This document shows, piece after piece, positions 48,680 to 62,739 of a stretch of 64,000 bases of DNA. The translations under genes were made by a program, and so were the position numbers. Each line of letters begins with the position of its first letter. Position 1 is the first letter of the stretch. The stretch covers positions 1,116,001 to 1,180,000 of the forward strand of contig NW_021825323.1 of NCBI RefSeq assembly GCF_006345805.1, in the 5' to 3' direction. The notes under the pieces are model-generated. The model did not search any database, had not been told where the DNA came from, and saw only the letters and a program-made list of their open reading frames with translations. This DNA is from Octopus sinensis. Lineage: Eukaryota.

Positions 48680-51240
48680 CATGTGATAAAAATAGTTTAT
48701 TTTCTAATGAGAGCGTCAGTCCTTTTGATATGCACCACTCTTCCACTCTTCTTACGTCTCCTTTTAATTTCCTTACGAGATATCTTTTCTCCACGAAGCA
48801 TCCGTTATTAGTATGTCGTCCGCGTAAATCATGAGACGACTGGTAGGATCTTTCGGTTTTGAAATATCAGCAACGTAAATATTAAAAAGCAGAGGGCTCA
48901 AGACCGAGCCTTGAGCTACTCTTCTTTTGAGATCGACAGACTCCGACAAACGGTTTCCGCATCGTATGTATGACCTCCTCATTGATAAGTAGCTCTTCAG
49001 CCAATTGACCGTTCTAGACCCGGGTTTGATTTTGGGGACACTTTCCAAGAGGCCAAGGTGCCATACGCTGTCAAAAGCTTTTGAGACATCGAGGCAGATA
49101 GCAATAGTCGCTGTATTGTTAGCAAGACTAAGCGAGATGACTTTCTCGAGTTCCCCGAAACAATCTCCACAGGATCTTTTTCGTCGGAATCCCCACCGCT
49201 CCGCTGCAAGTGCACCTGATTCCTCTACGAAGGTGAAAGTCTTGTGAAGACAATCCGTTCTATAATTTTAGAGACGGAGCATATTAGGCTTATCGGCCTA
49301 TAGTTCTCTGCATGGTACTTCATTTTTCCAGGCTTTGGAATCATACGTACGATTGACTTTTTCCAAGAGTCCGGTACGTATCCAAGTCTCCAGCTTGCAT
49401 TGTATAGTGCGGTCAAGTATCGTAGGATAATAATTGAAGCATGTTTGACTACAGTAATTGGAATGTAGTCATGGCCGTGTGAATTGTTCTTGCAGCTCAT
49501 AATTGCGGCATACGTTTCTTCCAACGTTATGTCTCTGCACAGTGGTACTGTATAACTCAAATTAGATCGCAGACTTCTCTGTGCCTCACATATAAATTCT
49601 TTCGGAACCATGTCGATCGGATCCACTTCTTGAACTTTTGCCAGTTGACTTCGCAAATGTGAGGGAACTTCATCGAGCGGGATAGCTATTCCTTTAGTTG
49701 TTTTTAGTCGGATCTCTTCTCCTTTGTTCTCCATATTACTTAGTCTGTTGAAAACCTTCCAAAAATGAGGGTTTTTCTTATTCAGTTTCTAGCATTGACT
49801 CTTCCAAGCAAGGTCTGAATATTTTTCTGCGACATCATTTATTTCTATTTTCACGGTACGAATCTTATCCCGAAGACGAATACGATCTATGGGGTCACTG
49901 CATTGTCTTAGCTTCTTTTCAAGGTTTTCCCAAAGATTCGTCTATCCGGGTTTTTCTGTTAGTATTTGACATGATGTATTTTCTGATTGAAGATTTTCGG
50001 AGAAAGTCCAGTATAGCTTTCTGAGAATTTTATCAAGTTTTTCAATTTGTATATTCGAAGAGATGTTTTCTATTGAATACGGTATCAAATGCATTTTCAT
50101 GATATCTCGAAGTCAGACCAGATTGTCCGAGACGTATCATATCCGATGAAAAGATCTTCGCATATCGTAGATGATGTTCGCATACGTAAAGATTGAGGTA
50201 GGTGATCACTACCAATGTTTATCTCAATTCTTGGTATGCTGCATTGATGAACAAGATCAGCCGATACGAGGAAAACTCCAAGACAATGGTTTGGTTCTCG
50301 TGAGGTCAAAACACTAAAGCCGCAGTTCTCCGATAATCTGAGGAGTATATGACCGTCCGAATTTATATTAGCACATCCGTACAATGTGTGTTTTGCGTTA
50401 AGGTCTCCTATTAGAATTCCTCTATCATTGTTTTGGAAAAATTCTTCAATAAGATTTGAATAATTCTTCATTGCTTTAGAATACATAGCTCCTACAGATA
50501 TCCATCCAAGGGATGTTAGTAGTTTCAATGTAATCAGTTCGCACAAATTTTGTTCGACGATTTTCAAGTCCCTCACCATCAGATTGTCTTTATAATATAT
50601 GGATGTCCAAGTGCCAGCCACTGCGTCAGGTCGCCATGGGATATCAATCGACTGAAAACCATGGATTTTGTGATGCTGCTTTCCCTTAAGCTTCGCTTCA
50701 TTAACAACCAATATGTCCATGTTTACCGATCTAACCAAGTAGGTTAGCTCAGTAGCCCGTTTCCGAATTGACCGGGCGTTGATAAGCGTAAAAACGCTCA
50801 TCTCGTCAAGTTTTGGTGACTGTCCTCCATAACGAGCGCCACCAGTTCCAATAAATTTTTAAACGTTTTTTAGTCGTCGTTTTCGATTTAAGATGGAGAT
50901 CCTCCAGTTTTGCTTTTAAATGTTCAATTGCACTTGTCTTTTCGTCTGCCACCAGTATGTTGCATGGTGGTTGTCCCGGAATTGATTTAGAAGTGTCCCC
51001 GAATTTCAAAGATGCCATTCCTTTTTTGGGTTGAATCATATATTCGGTTGTTCTAAGTTTAATTTTGGTTTTTGCGTAGATATAGTGGGTGTCGCAGTTT
51101 TCGAAGTGTTTGACATGGATTCATAGATATCGTCATCATTCTTAGAAATGTGCCAATATTCAGTCAAGTTAGCGAACCCTGCTGAATTAATAGAATTCAA
51201 AATTGTAACATTGTGATAATAAAAATTATTGGTTCAAATT
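48680..51240 (-). mobile_element. APE-RT LINE, frameshifted and truncated in the RT C-terminus
   Basis: APE motifs INARSI, NEAK, IGDLNAKH, SDHLP. RT motifs YRPISL, CLDVSKAFD, GVAQGSVLSPLLF-like, IYADD. Outer boundaries approximate. Confidence 0.88.
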
Positions 51241-51874
51241 CACGAAAATAAAAAAATTGCTTAAATTAAATGAATATTTGGACACTCATAAAATTTGGAG
51301 TGGTCATTTGGGTATTTTTAGTTATCAGTTTAGTAAGATTAAAAAATTACACCATTAAGGACAAATTGTAATTATTTAAAAATTAAAAAAATACTTACAA
51401 ACTTTAATGACATAAAAATCATGATTATTAAAAATTATCGACAAATAAATCAAGCTAAAACTGCCATGAAAAACCCAGTTTGAGAAACAACAAAAAATGA
51501 ATTTGTTAAAAACCTTGTCCGAGTCGCGAGGGTGTAGGTTTTTGATTATATTCAAATAATAAATACTTATTGAATGCTTTTGTATTTTTCAAAGTGGCTG
51601 AAAATATTCCATAAATGTGAAAATCAATTAAAAATGTCAAATCAATTTACTTAAATAAATTATTGTTCAAATAAAATTAAAAATGATATACTAAGATTCA
51701 TTCAACACAATTAACTTAAAGCTAAGTAAAATTATTTTTAGCAAATTTTTTTAATTTTAAATTTCTTAATATTATTTAAAAATATTAATTTTCTTGTTGT
51801 TTTTCTGGGTTGATCTCGAATATAGCTGTACTTAACAAATATATATTTTTATCTAAATTATCATATTTAAGGAT

Positions 51875-52540
51875 ATGAAAACTAACGAAAATTCAAATCC
51901 CCGACAATATCGCCTCGTTCTACTAGGAAATACAGCAGTGGGGAAATCCAGTCTTGTCATACGTTTCGTAAAAGGTCAGTTTCTACAATTCCAGGAACCC
52001 ACGATCGGCGGTTTTTTCAAATTTATCCATTAATTAGCCTCTTTTTTGACTCAATCTGTGACCACACAGGACACAAATGTGAAATTTGAAATCTGGGACA
52101 CAGCAGGACAAGAACGGTACCGCAGTCTGGCCCCAATGTACTACCGGGGTGCCCAGGCTGCGGTCGTCGTTTATGACGTCACCTGCAACGACAGTTTTTT
52201 AAAGGCCAAAGAATGGATAGGCGAATTAAGAAGGCACGCCTCTGATAAAATAATTGTGTCCCTGGTTGGGAATAAAGTCGATTTGGCTACTGAAAGTCGA
52301 CAAGTGGACTCTGAGACTGCAGCTGAGTATGCCAAAACAGAAGGACTACTTTTTTCGGAGGCCTCTGCCAAAACTGCCTTCAACGTTAATGAAATTTTTA
52401 TCAATCTCGGTTAGTTTTTTTAAATTATTTAAGCTGCGGCACTCTTAAAAGTGGCACAAAAGACTTCCTCTGATGCCTCTAGAGGCGACTCTCGTACTTT
52501 AAATATTGACAATTCCAAACCCACAAAACGATGCTGCTGA
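51875..52540 (+). CDS. RAB5: Rab5-family GTPase
   Basis: [27 protein letters not shown]|[40 protein letters not shown]-terminal CC. Confidence 0.93.
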
Positions 52541-52598
52541 ACTAATTTATTTTGATATTTATTTTCGGAAATAATTTTAATAAAAACTGAAACACAAT

Positions 52599-54282
52599 TC
52601 ATGAATTAACTTTATAATCGACGAGTTCAATACAAGTGGTGGCATCCACAAGACTGTCATGCCCAGTAGCATCTAAGAATAAAAAAAGACAGCACCATTT
52701 TGAATCACTTTATTGAGGTGGACCATGGCGAGAGTGCGGAGGGCACACTTGTAGGGAAACCCACGATTATGGGGATACATCACCGAGGTGTCGATGACTG
52801 TGTCGTGCACAATCTGTGTTCAAATACACTGGAAATGTACTTTTAGACTTATCAGGTCATTTTCCATGCTGTGTCCTATCAAAATTGTCTTCTTGCATAA
52901 AAGACTGAGAATTATATTCTGTGCGTCCTTGAAATGACATTTGGCCTCCTTCATGCCCTCCTCAGTGATTCCACTATATCTTTAAACATTAAAAAAACCA
53001 ATAAACCGAGTGTTGTAGTCAACTACTTTGTTCTGAGGCACTACAAGCGAGTCATACACCATCTGAAGGTTGTGGTCCACCAAAGTAATTCTGGCCAGTT
53101 CGACTCCGTGAGTAGTATACACCATTTCACAATCCAACCCGTATATTCCACAGTCACACAAATCTCCGTTGCATTGGGGAGTCCTCACAAACTTACTCGT
53201 TCGTCCGACATTCCCTTCGTGCACATGAAACTGTCAAATTAGTATTCATATTACTTTGTGAGACGAACAAGCTGCGGCAGAACTGTCAACTGCATCACAA
53301 CACGAATATTGAAGTTCTAAAATTAGTTTTATTCCACCAACCGCCCTTCTTTCCGCGAGAAAAACGCTTTCCGGGGTGATAAAAACACTGATCTTCCTCT
53401 GGTTCCTCTGAGTAGTGTTTCTCTGGCTCAAAACTAGTCTTGCATCGAACACAAACCAAAGAACCGTCAATGTTTGGTCCTTAAAGTTGGAATTGATTTA
53501 TTAATTTTAAGTTTACCCATCCTTTGATGAAACTGTGAACTGCAGAATTTAACATGACCGGGATTTTCGTCGTCAAAAATGGGATATCCGTTACGAAACA
53601 ACTCCTCCTCCGACAATACATGTTTCACTGCTTTTTCACGAGATAAGGAAACTTGAGTTTGTCAAATCAATTACTAGTTTTAATGATTTTTGTCTGTATG
53701 TCTTCTTTCCATATCTTTTTCCCATTTTTAAGCTTACAGGCCAAAGCACATGTCAAATTTGTGTACGAATTCCAATTTGTGACCCTTTTAGCTATCGAAC
53801 TCTCTTCAGATCTAATCTAAATGTTTAAACGAGGAAACTACAGATTCAATTGCCTCATTCCTTTCGTCCTCTGTGCATAATTGTAGGGCTTTTTCTAACA
53901 AATTATCGACTTTTCGTTGTCTCTTTTTACGAGAAATTTTTGAATCGCCTTCCACCTGGATAAGTCCACTGCAGTCGATTTTGCTCGTATTTTTGGAGAT
54001 TTTATTTGGTTTTTTCGGTTCTTTGAAAGATTTCTCGCAGTTTTTGGATATTTTTGGTTTGGTTGACAAATTTTCTGAATCATCGTCAACATTTGAAGAC
54101 CATTCACTTCCATCAGACTCAATTTTAAGGAAATTGTCGATATCTTGAGTGTTCGTCATTGGAATTGCGTCCAGGGAATTGATCTTAATCTCATCTGAGC
54201 ATTTTATCATCATTATTTCTTCATCGGAATCAAATCCAAACAATTCATTAGAAGTAACAATTTGTATTTTCTTGTCCTTCAT
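52599..54282 (-). CDS. REXO1: RNA exonuclease 1 homolog (DEDDh)
   Basis: CFYHPGK, YSCC, GLDCEMVYTTHGVELARITLVD, DYNTR|YSGIT, LIGHSMENDL, IDTSV, GHDSLVDA; acidic N-terminus. Confidence 0.88.
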
Positions 54283-54560
54283 TAGACAGAATGAAGCACA
54301 CAAAAACACACACAAATAATAAATTTTATTTATATCATATTTAAAATAAACTGAATATAGTTATATGCTATTAAATTTTGTATAATAAATAATTCATTTT
54401 GACAGAAATATTAATTAATTAAGAATCTTTAAATTTTATATGTTTTATGACTTTAACAATTTTCAAAAACAGTCTGTAATAATTTTAATTTTGTTTTTTA
54501 TTAAATTAAACTATATTTAAATTATTAACAAATTTTTGAAATAAAATATGAACAACATTA

Positions 54561-55116
54561 ATGTCTGACACCACTTCTAGTGATAGTGATTTCGAGCCAC
54601 AACATGAATCCGGTAAAAATAACAAATTTACTCGTTTTATGTCAGAAACAACCGAAAGTCAATCATCCGACAACGAATTCCAAGAAAAATCCGTAGATGA
54701 TTCGATTCCACCTCAAAAATCTGAAAATTTGACTCAACATCCTGAAAATTTAGGGAAAATTTTACTTTCCACTCTGAAGGAAGAACCAAATAACAAAAAT
54801 ACTCAACAAAAAGAGGAACCTCCAACAAAAAAGATTCCAAAAATACCCAAAAAATCGTTGGACAATATTTTGAACCAAAAGAACAGCCAGAAACGAAAAT
54901 CGGGGATTTTGGTTTTTAAATTTCAAAGTAGAATTGCAGGAAAGGTCAAGACAAGAGTGGGACGAATTCAAGACAGTTGAAGGAATCGAGGACGAACTGA
55001 GGATCCACAACAAAGGGAGAGATGGGTATATTGAAAAAGATCAATTCATCAAACGTACTCAGATGAAACAATTTCAGTTATATTTGGACAAAAACAAAAG
55101 GTTTAAAAGAAACTAA
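54561..55116 (+). CDS. CFDP1: CFDP1/BCNT (Swc5)
   Basis: MSD..SDSDFEP acidic start; a 28-nt intron joins KRKSGIL|ERSRQEWDEFK..EGIEDELRIHNKGRDGYIEK (BCNT-C domain). Confidence 0.88.
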
Positions 55117-55499
55117 TCATTTCTGATTTAAATGATTTTTCATACATTGTTATAATTTGTATATACAATGATGTTCTCTAGGAATAGTGTTGTTGGTTTC
55201 CGAGATTATTTGTATAATTAATAATGCTTTTTAATAATTGTATTAAATGTAAGCTATTTCAAACATGTTTATACAAGAACATTGAATGATCCAATGGAAA
55301 ACAGGGAAGATTGAGTGCATGAATAAGACATGTGTGCAATAGAGGGACGTCACCATCTCAACCAAAACACGTAACAGGGGAGCGTGGATACGACTAACAG
55401 AGCGTATCCTGAGTCGGATGGCAAAAGTGGAATCTTAATTAACTTTTTGATTCCGCGAGATTGCTTTAATAATAATAATTATACAAGAACATATACTTT

Positions 55500-56200
55500 G
55501 TGTGAAAAACTTGAAAATAGAATGTTGGTTCAAAATTTTTTTTATCAATATTAGAAGTAGAGATCGAAAATAATTATCACAATCTAAAGCTACTGATGAT
55601 CGAGAAGACGTTGCCACTCAGGATCGCAATGGATATTCTTTGGAACAACCATTGCTTCTCCCGAAGCTCTCTCCGTCTTCTCGAGATCAGATTCCCGATT
55701 TTCCCGACGAGTTCGAACGATTTTTGGCTCATGACCCCGGAGGTTTCTACGGATATTGGGAAGAAGATGAAGTTGTCCAACAGGTTGGAATATTTCTGAA
55801 CTTTATGTACCTCAGCCTTCTCAGCGGCTGAGCCTGGACTGATCGCGGAGTCAACTATATTGGTCTTTGAGAAGGTGTCTGTGCACGTGGAGTCCCACGC
55901 GAGGCATTTCCCATTGCTCCACGGGAAAATGGTGACTCCATCTGGGCGTTTACCGTCTCCACGGTCAAGCCCAACGGGTTCCAGTTCTGTCGGGAATCCA
56001 GCTGCTTGTAACGCAGCCGAAATAGTCTCGTTGATAGCGGAGTGTCTGGGAGCACGGCCAGCACTCCTTCTGCATGACAGGGGATGTAGTCCTTTGGTAT
56101 CGACTTTACTACCACATCGGCATTGGCCCCCCGAACAGACATTAAGTCCCAAGCGTATTGCTACGCCAATCCTATTTTCGTTATGTTCGTTATTTTGGAT
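55500..56200 (-). mobile_element. 5'-truncated CRE-like RLE element
   Basis: ORF 55577-56152: QCRCG..LHPLSCRRSAGRAPRH..RGDGKRPDG..WDST..KVQKY. Confidence 0.88.
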
Positions 56201-56231
56201 GTCGCAGAAAAAGTGAACCGTGATTGTAACT

Positions 56232-57770
56232 CAATTTGTTAATTTTTTTTTTTTTTTTTTTGAAAACCGAAACTTTAATACAGTCAAATTAATTAATAGA
56301 GAATTAATGTCGTGAACTTGAGGGTTAGTCCGACGACGAAGCACTGCGGATAGAGAGGCAGTTCCCGCGAAGAATTGCAACCGAGATGCGCTGGAAAAGC
56401 CAGCTCGTCTCCCTCCGGTCATTTGTATTCTGTGAGATTCTTCCTCCCACAACCCGTAACAGATTTTCTACCTTCTTTCCAACCACACCGGAGGTCTCAA
56501 AGGCTAGGGGGACAAACTCAACGACGTTCGGAAGCACAGCGTACTTCGTCAACTTCCTTTCTTCTGCCAGCGCACATGCGTAGCCTGGTGTACTGGCTGT
56601 TCCTGTGAGCACAGTATCTGAAAAGGAGTCGACGCAAGTTACATCCCAAACAAGAGACCTTCCTCCTCTAAAGGGGAATATAGTCATCCCGTCAGGACGC
56701 TTTCCGTCACTGCGGCAGAGCCCAATAGGTTCAAGGGTCGATGGGAATCCCGCAGAATCCAAAGCCCTTTTCACCACTTCATTGAAGAGGACGTGGCGGG
56801 GAAATCGGCCAGCACCCTCCTACAGGACAATGCGTGTAAACCGTTCGAAGGAATCAAAAAACCACAGCGACAACGGTGAGGTTGGCAGATTTCAAGTCCA
56901 AGTCGAAGACACACTCCGATACGTATAGTTTCGTCTTCCATAAGCAGACCATTGGACGCCAACGGAAGTGCGTTTAGCCAGTCTCCTGAGTGAGGCTGAC
57001 AGGCACAGTTCAAAGAAGCCAGTTCCAACTGGTCGACTCGCGTGCGAAGACTCTCCAACAGGTGTGTGCACCAGATGACATCCCAACTCTTCTGTATTGA
57101 AGGAATCTCCGGAAGGCCAAGTCCGAGCGATCTCCAGGCGAGAACAGCAACAGGGTATTCCGTAAGCTCATCAAGTTCGAGTGAGTTGATAAGAACAGAG
57201 CGAACGAAATTGCCGGAAGCAGACATCGACGAGAGATAACAAGGCAAAGCAAGATCTGCACAAGAACGAACCCCAAGGCCACCAAAGCGGAGTGGAAGTG
57301 CGGCACGTGTACGTCCCACGTCAGTGAACAAAGTGTTCAGTAGTAACTGTAATGATGATGTAACCGCGTCATCCAAATCCAAAAGTTCTTGACGTGAGCG
57401 AAAACAAGGAGACGTTCGGAGCAAAAAGGTTAAACGGGGGATAAAAAGAAAGTTTTTCAGCAAAAACAGCCCCAGATGGGAGCCAAACAGTCGTAATCGG
57501 TCGCAGAGAGGAGCAATCTTATCTCGTTGTGAAACGATAGCCTTCGCAATTCCCTTATCAGAAATCGGTGAACCCAGAATCACAAGATCCGCGAGAGCGG
57601 TTATACGAAGGCCGTCAATTTTCTCCGAAAGGGCCATAAAAACCTCACTCTGTTGGGTTAGCGGCTCCGTAAGTCCGATTAGTTCACATTTTGCACCATT
57701 TAGAGAAAGGCCAATCTTCAAAAATTCAGATATTATGTCACATGCCTCAGGGATTACTATGCCCCACTCG
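56232..57770 (-). mobile_element. 5'-truncated CRE-like element (RT C-terminus plus RLE), long poly(A) tail
   Basis: ORFs 56771-57721 and 56325-56777 (frameshift in the CxxxxGxxxRH motif); about 20-nt A tail near 56243-56262. Confidence 0.9.
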
Positions 57771-57849
57771 TTACCTCCGAATTATTTCTGAGAAATAATT
57801 GATTAATGATTTTTCAATTTTTTAGAAAAATTAATAATCAATCACAACG

Positions 57850-59366
57850 AAGGAAGGAAGGAAGTTTTATTGGAAACAGAGAAGGGTTAAAGGTTAGGGG
57901 GGAGTTTGTATAATGAAACAATAGGACTACCCTATCGACTTCTTCCCAGAAAAAAAAAAGAGACCCCCTCAAGTAATTTTTTTTTTTTTTTTTTTTTTTT
58001 CTTTTCTACCTCTGCAGGTACGTCCCAGTGACAATTGAGTTGGATTTATAACCACTTATAGCTTTTTCGACAGTTTCACCGACCATGGAGGATTTACTTT
58101 CAAGCCACAGGGGGATTGGATCTTCAACTTTTTGGTGGTAAGCAAGCTTCAAAGCGAGCCTGCGAGACTTTTCAAATTTAGTTAAGATGGTGTCCTTCTT
58201 TTTAGAGAAGTACCATCCCTCTTTTCCGTATAGTAGTCCCGGTAGGATCACCGTATTGAAAACGTAGAGGAAAGTATCAGGCTCCAAATTTAACTTCCTC
58301 AGGCAGAACAGAGCATTAGTTGCTTTCCTTTTACTTAATTTTGCGTTTTCGAGATAGTTTCCCTTTTCATCGATGAACAAGCCAAGATATTTAATTGAGT
58401 TTTGTCGAGGTATGTTCTTGATCAGACACGGTAAATTTATTAAATTTCTGCTTTCTGTGATTCTCAGTAATGCGGACTTCTCACGCGCAATAATGAACAT
58501 ATTTTCATCGCACCATTGCTCCACTGTATTCATATATGATATAATCCTTTGTTCGGATAAGGCAGGTTTCGATGAAATGTCAAGGATTACAACATCATCG
58601 GCGTATATCAAAATTTCCGTCCGTGTGTTGACAGGAGACGGCAGATTGCTCATCACAATGTTGAATAATAGAGGACTGAGGACTGATCCTTGAGGACGCC
58701 TCTTTTAAGTTTCAGTTCATCCGAGTCATAGTTCAGAAAGCTTATCACAGAGCGCCTGTCGCGGAGGAAGTCTTTTAGCCATAGGAATAGTCCTTTGTCT
58801 ATGTGACACTTCGCCAGATGTCTAAGGAGACGAGGTGCCAAACCATATCAAAGGCTTTTGAGATGTCTAGAGACACAATTGTCAGACACTCTTTGAAATC
58901 CAGAGCCTTTACAATCGACGAATTGAGTGTATAAAGACAGTCAGCACAGGAACGACCCCTCCGAAAGCCCCACTGCACGTCTTTGAGATAACCATTTCTC
59001 TCGACGTGTTCAGAGAGTCGTTCAAACATTACCCTTTCCATTATTCGACTGATGGTAGGAATTAGGCTTATAGGCCTATAATTGTCGCCAAGTAACCAGG
59101 TTTTCCAGGCTTCCGTATCATCCTTACCTCCGTCAGTTCCATGAAGAAGGGACGTATCCCAAGCTCACACTGCGGGAGAAGAGACATCCCAAATATTCGT
59201 AAAGTTGCTTGGGAGCTTCTTTGAACATGCGCATGGTTATCTTGTCCTTTCCCGGAGCGTTATTTTTGGAGTATCTAACTGCATTTTCCACGTCTTTGCA
59301 CGTTATAGATTCCGAGCACATTGGTAATTCAGTAATACCGTGCTTCCTTAATGGGAAAGTTTGCAA
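57850..59366 (-). mobile_element. LINE RT remnant with 3' UTR and (TTCC)n tail
   Basis: KNNAPGKDKI, QWGFRRGRSC, SLDISKAFD, IYADDVV, IKYLG; several frameshifts. Confidence 0.85.
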
Positions 59367-60049
59367 TCACAACGACATAAAATTACATATAATTAGGTTA
59401 ATTAGAGTACATTTAATGATATACAAAAGATGCTTTAAAACATAAATTAAAATAATATTTTTATAAAACAAACCATTTGACTGATAAGCACATTAAAACA
59501 TATTTAAAAATGTGAATTGTGTGAAACGCTTTAAAGGCACATAATTTGATAGTAATAAAAAATCCAAGTAATAAAAAAAAAATTTGTTAATTGATTTGTA
59601 AAGTAATAAAAAATCCAGTCGGTGTACGGTCTAATTGCATAAATAATTGATATTTTATCAAATAATCATATCGTGTTAAACCTAAACATTTAATCTAGTA
59701 AAAGAAAAATGTTAATAATATCCAAAGTCAAGGAAATGACCCATATAAACCAATAGCCCTTCTAAAGACCCTTTACACGTGACGCTCGCTAACTCATCCT
59801 CAAATCTCGATACTCAATTTTTATTCATGAAATTGGTATAAACATTTAAAAACGTAGCTAAAAGAATTTAAAATCAACAAAAAGACAAAAACTATTAAAA
59901 TTAGTCATTTTTTTAGTCTTGCCATTGGTACCGTCCATATCTCCATTAGCATATTTTATCTATTAAATAAAAATGATTGATTTATTTCGACTCGATTATT
60001 TAATAAAATGTTAATTATTTCAGCGGCCAGATAGAATGGAGACTCGAAT

Positions 60050-61040
60050 TTATCCAACCGCAACGAAGGGTTGTTTCATAATCTTTTTTAACTCGGACAC
60101 ATCTATAATTTTTTATCTAAACTTTATCTCCGACACTAAATTCGTATTTACTATTGTGGACATTCATTTTCCTATTCATTGCCTTATAGTAGGGTGAGTT
60201 TCCATCAATCGGATTTAAATTAAATTTGAATTTTTTGGAATCGCCTAGATATAAATTCAAAGTTAAAATACTTGAATTTTCAATTGAGTCTAAATTTTAA
60301 CAAATCTCTGAATTTTCAAAATGATTTTTAATATTTTCTATAACATAATTTGATAATTATCAACAGTGTTTATTTTGCTTATCCCTCGATATCTTTCGAA
60401 AGGACTCTGATTTGAAAATGAGTGTACAGCCTTGTTATAACAGTACACTGCTTTTTCTAGAATTTCCAGCCACTTTTTTTCATCTGTGTCTATCATTTTT
60501 GACAGTTTTCAGGTAATGGTTTGATTAAAACGTTCTACAATCCCCTGTGTACGGGGACTTTTTTAGATCTATTCGGAGAAGAAGCAAAATATGATGATTC
60601 ATACCACCAACCTACATTAAAAATTAAAAAGAATTAAAACTTTCAATGGACAGGCAAATTTACATACTTCAAAATTTCGAATGACTTTTCTAATTATGTC
60701 ATTTTTAACAATGAAGTATCTTTGTCAACACTCATATTCAATCTTGTTTACTCCTCCGTGTGAATATTCGTGTAGAAATTTAGCTACATGCTCCATTTCA
60801 GTTTCATTGTTCAAAGTAACGACGAGCTTTGGATCGTCAGATTGAAGATACAATCTGCGCATTAATCGTAAATCTGGAGTACCTTTCATTGATTATTGTA
60901 AAATTCTCGATCTTTTTTACAAGTCTACATTTTGCTTGTCTAGAAAAATCTTCCGGTAATTTATTTTCCAAAGCATCTTTTAAAATTCGATACTTTGAAG
61001 AATCTTTGACATAGCCTCTATAAGAAACCATTACAATAAA
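60050..61040 (-). mobile_element. Degenerate integrase-encoding element (Gypsy/Ginger-type)
   Basis: HEYSHGGVNK..IRKVIRN..VC zinc-binding remnant, PRTQGIVERFNQT, WLEILEKAVYCYNKAVHS..SPFE, YEFSVGDKV. Confidence 0.7.
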
Positions 61041-61261
61041 AATTATAGCACGCTAAAAATTTTTAAAAAACATAACTTTTTTAAATTATTTAAGTACATG
61101 GACAAAAACTAATTTAAATCAATACAAGGCATAGTTAAACTTTATAACTGGCCATAAAAATAATATTTGTGATAATCAAAGGATATTACGTGGAAAATGC
61201 CTGTCCATCCACTCGGCGACTCATCTAATTTAGTTAACTTCTATAATAATCTAATCAGATT

Positions 61262-62282
61262 TTGACGAAATGGGCTGGAAACAGGCTATCCTGCCTATCA
61301 GGCACGGGGGTCTCGGATTCCAAGCCCCCTCGGTCCTCTCCTTGCCATGCTTTCTTTCTTCCTCTCACCGATGCATGCCTCTCGTAGTCCAGATCCTTCC
61401 TCCTCCCTCTGGATCGGTCACGGACTTGTTGTGGACAGATTGCGGACTAAAAACTCCCGTGGACCTATGCCTTATGCGCGAGTGGACGGAGATCAGCAGC
61501 TCTCAGTTTTTCCGGTACTTACTGTCTCACGGAGACCAACACCGGCGTGCTTGTCTGTTGTCTGGAGCATCTCCACGGACTGGCGCCTGGATCAACGCCT
61601 ATCCTTCCCCTGCAGCTGGAACCTTCCTGGACCCAGACTGTTTAAGAATCGGAATATCTCTCCGACTCGGCTTGGACATTTGCCAGCCTCACCAATGCCG
61701 TTGCGGGGCTCATATAGACCGCAAAGGTCTACACCCGCTCTCCTGCCGCAAATGCCCTGGGAGGCTCCCCAGGCACGGACAGCTTAATTCCATAATAAAG
61801 CGTCTGCTCGAGGCAACCTGCATCCCGTGCCAGCTGGAGCCCTCTGGCCTTAACAGGGGCGATGGCAAGAGGCCGGACGGCGTCTCGCTCTTCCCGTTCA
61901 AGTGCGGCAAAGCGATCGTCTGGGACGCGACATGCTCTGACACTTTTGCGTCAACATGCCTTCTCGCGTCCGCGATCGAAGCTGGCACAGCGGCGAGGAG
62001 GGCAGAGACCCGGAAGAAAGACAAGTACGCCTCGCTCGCCGACAGATTCCTCTTTGTGCCTGTTTCAGTCGAAACATCAGGCACATTCGGCCCAGCCACG
62101 CTACGTTTTCTCACCGAGAGAGGCCGTCACCTCGGGAGGATTAGAAACGACCCCCGCGAGGTAAATCGGCTTTTTGAGCGCGTCTCAATAGCCGTACTCA
62201 GGGGGAACAGTTTCTCTATTCTCTCTGCGGCTAGTAGCTGACTTCCTGTTCCATTTTCTTTTCTATTTCGAAAAAAAAAATT
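61262..62282 (+). mobile_element. 5'-truncated CRE-like element with an open RT-C/RLE frame
   Basis: ORF 61270-62241; 13-bp TSD ATCTAATCAGATT (61249-61261, 62283-62295); A tail. Confidence 0.92.
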
Positions 62283-62349
62283 ATCTAATCAGATTAGTAG
62301 AAAACTAAAAAAAGTTAATTCCACCCTATCAAGGTCAAATTTGATAACA

Positions 62350-62725
62350 ACTTTAATTTTGATTCATAATCAAAGGATTCGGCAAGTCTCTGTTATGGGA
62401 TGCGACGTGTTCAGACACTTTCTCGGAGCTTAACCTTCCTTCTTCAGCTGTCGAGGCTGGCTCAGTCTCTCGCAAAACCGAGAAGATGAAGATTGAAAAG
62501 TACAAGAAGCTCTCTGAACGGTATCTGTTCACTCCCATCGCCGTCGAGATTTCCGGCGTCATCGGCGAAAAGTCTCTTTCCTTTCTGAAAAAGCTTGGCC
62601 GCATGATCTCCCATAAACGGGGAGACCCACGCGAGTCCAAGTGGCTTCTCGAAAGGATTTCCTTGGCTATAGTACGTGGAAACTGTGTTTCCATTTACGA
62701 GGCCGGGAATTTAGTTAGTTAATAA
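62350..62725 (+). mobile_element. Short CRE-like 3' fragment, close to the 24916-28050 subfamily
   Basis: GKSLLWDATCSDTFSE..KIEKYKKLSERYLF..ERISLAIVRGNC..YEAG. Confidence 0.85.
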
Positions 62726-62739
62726 CTATTTGTCTTTTA

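Noticed and set aside
55300-55435. Hairpin GGATACG..CGTATCC as a ribozyme or ncRNA
   Set aside because: Only a 7-bp stem; no hammerhead or HDV core found.
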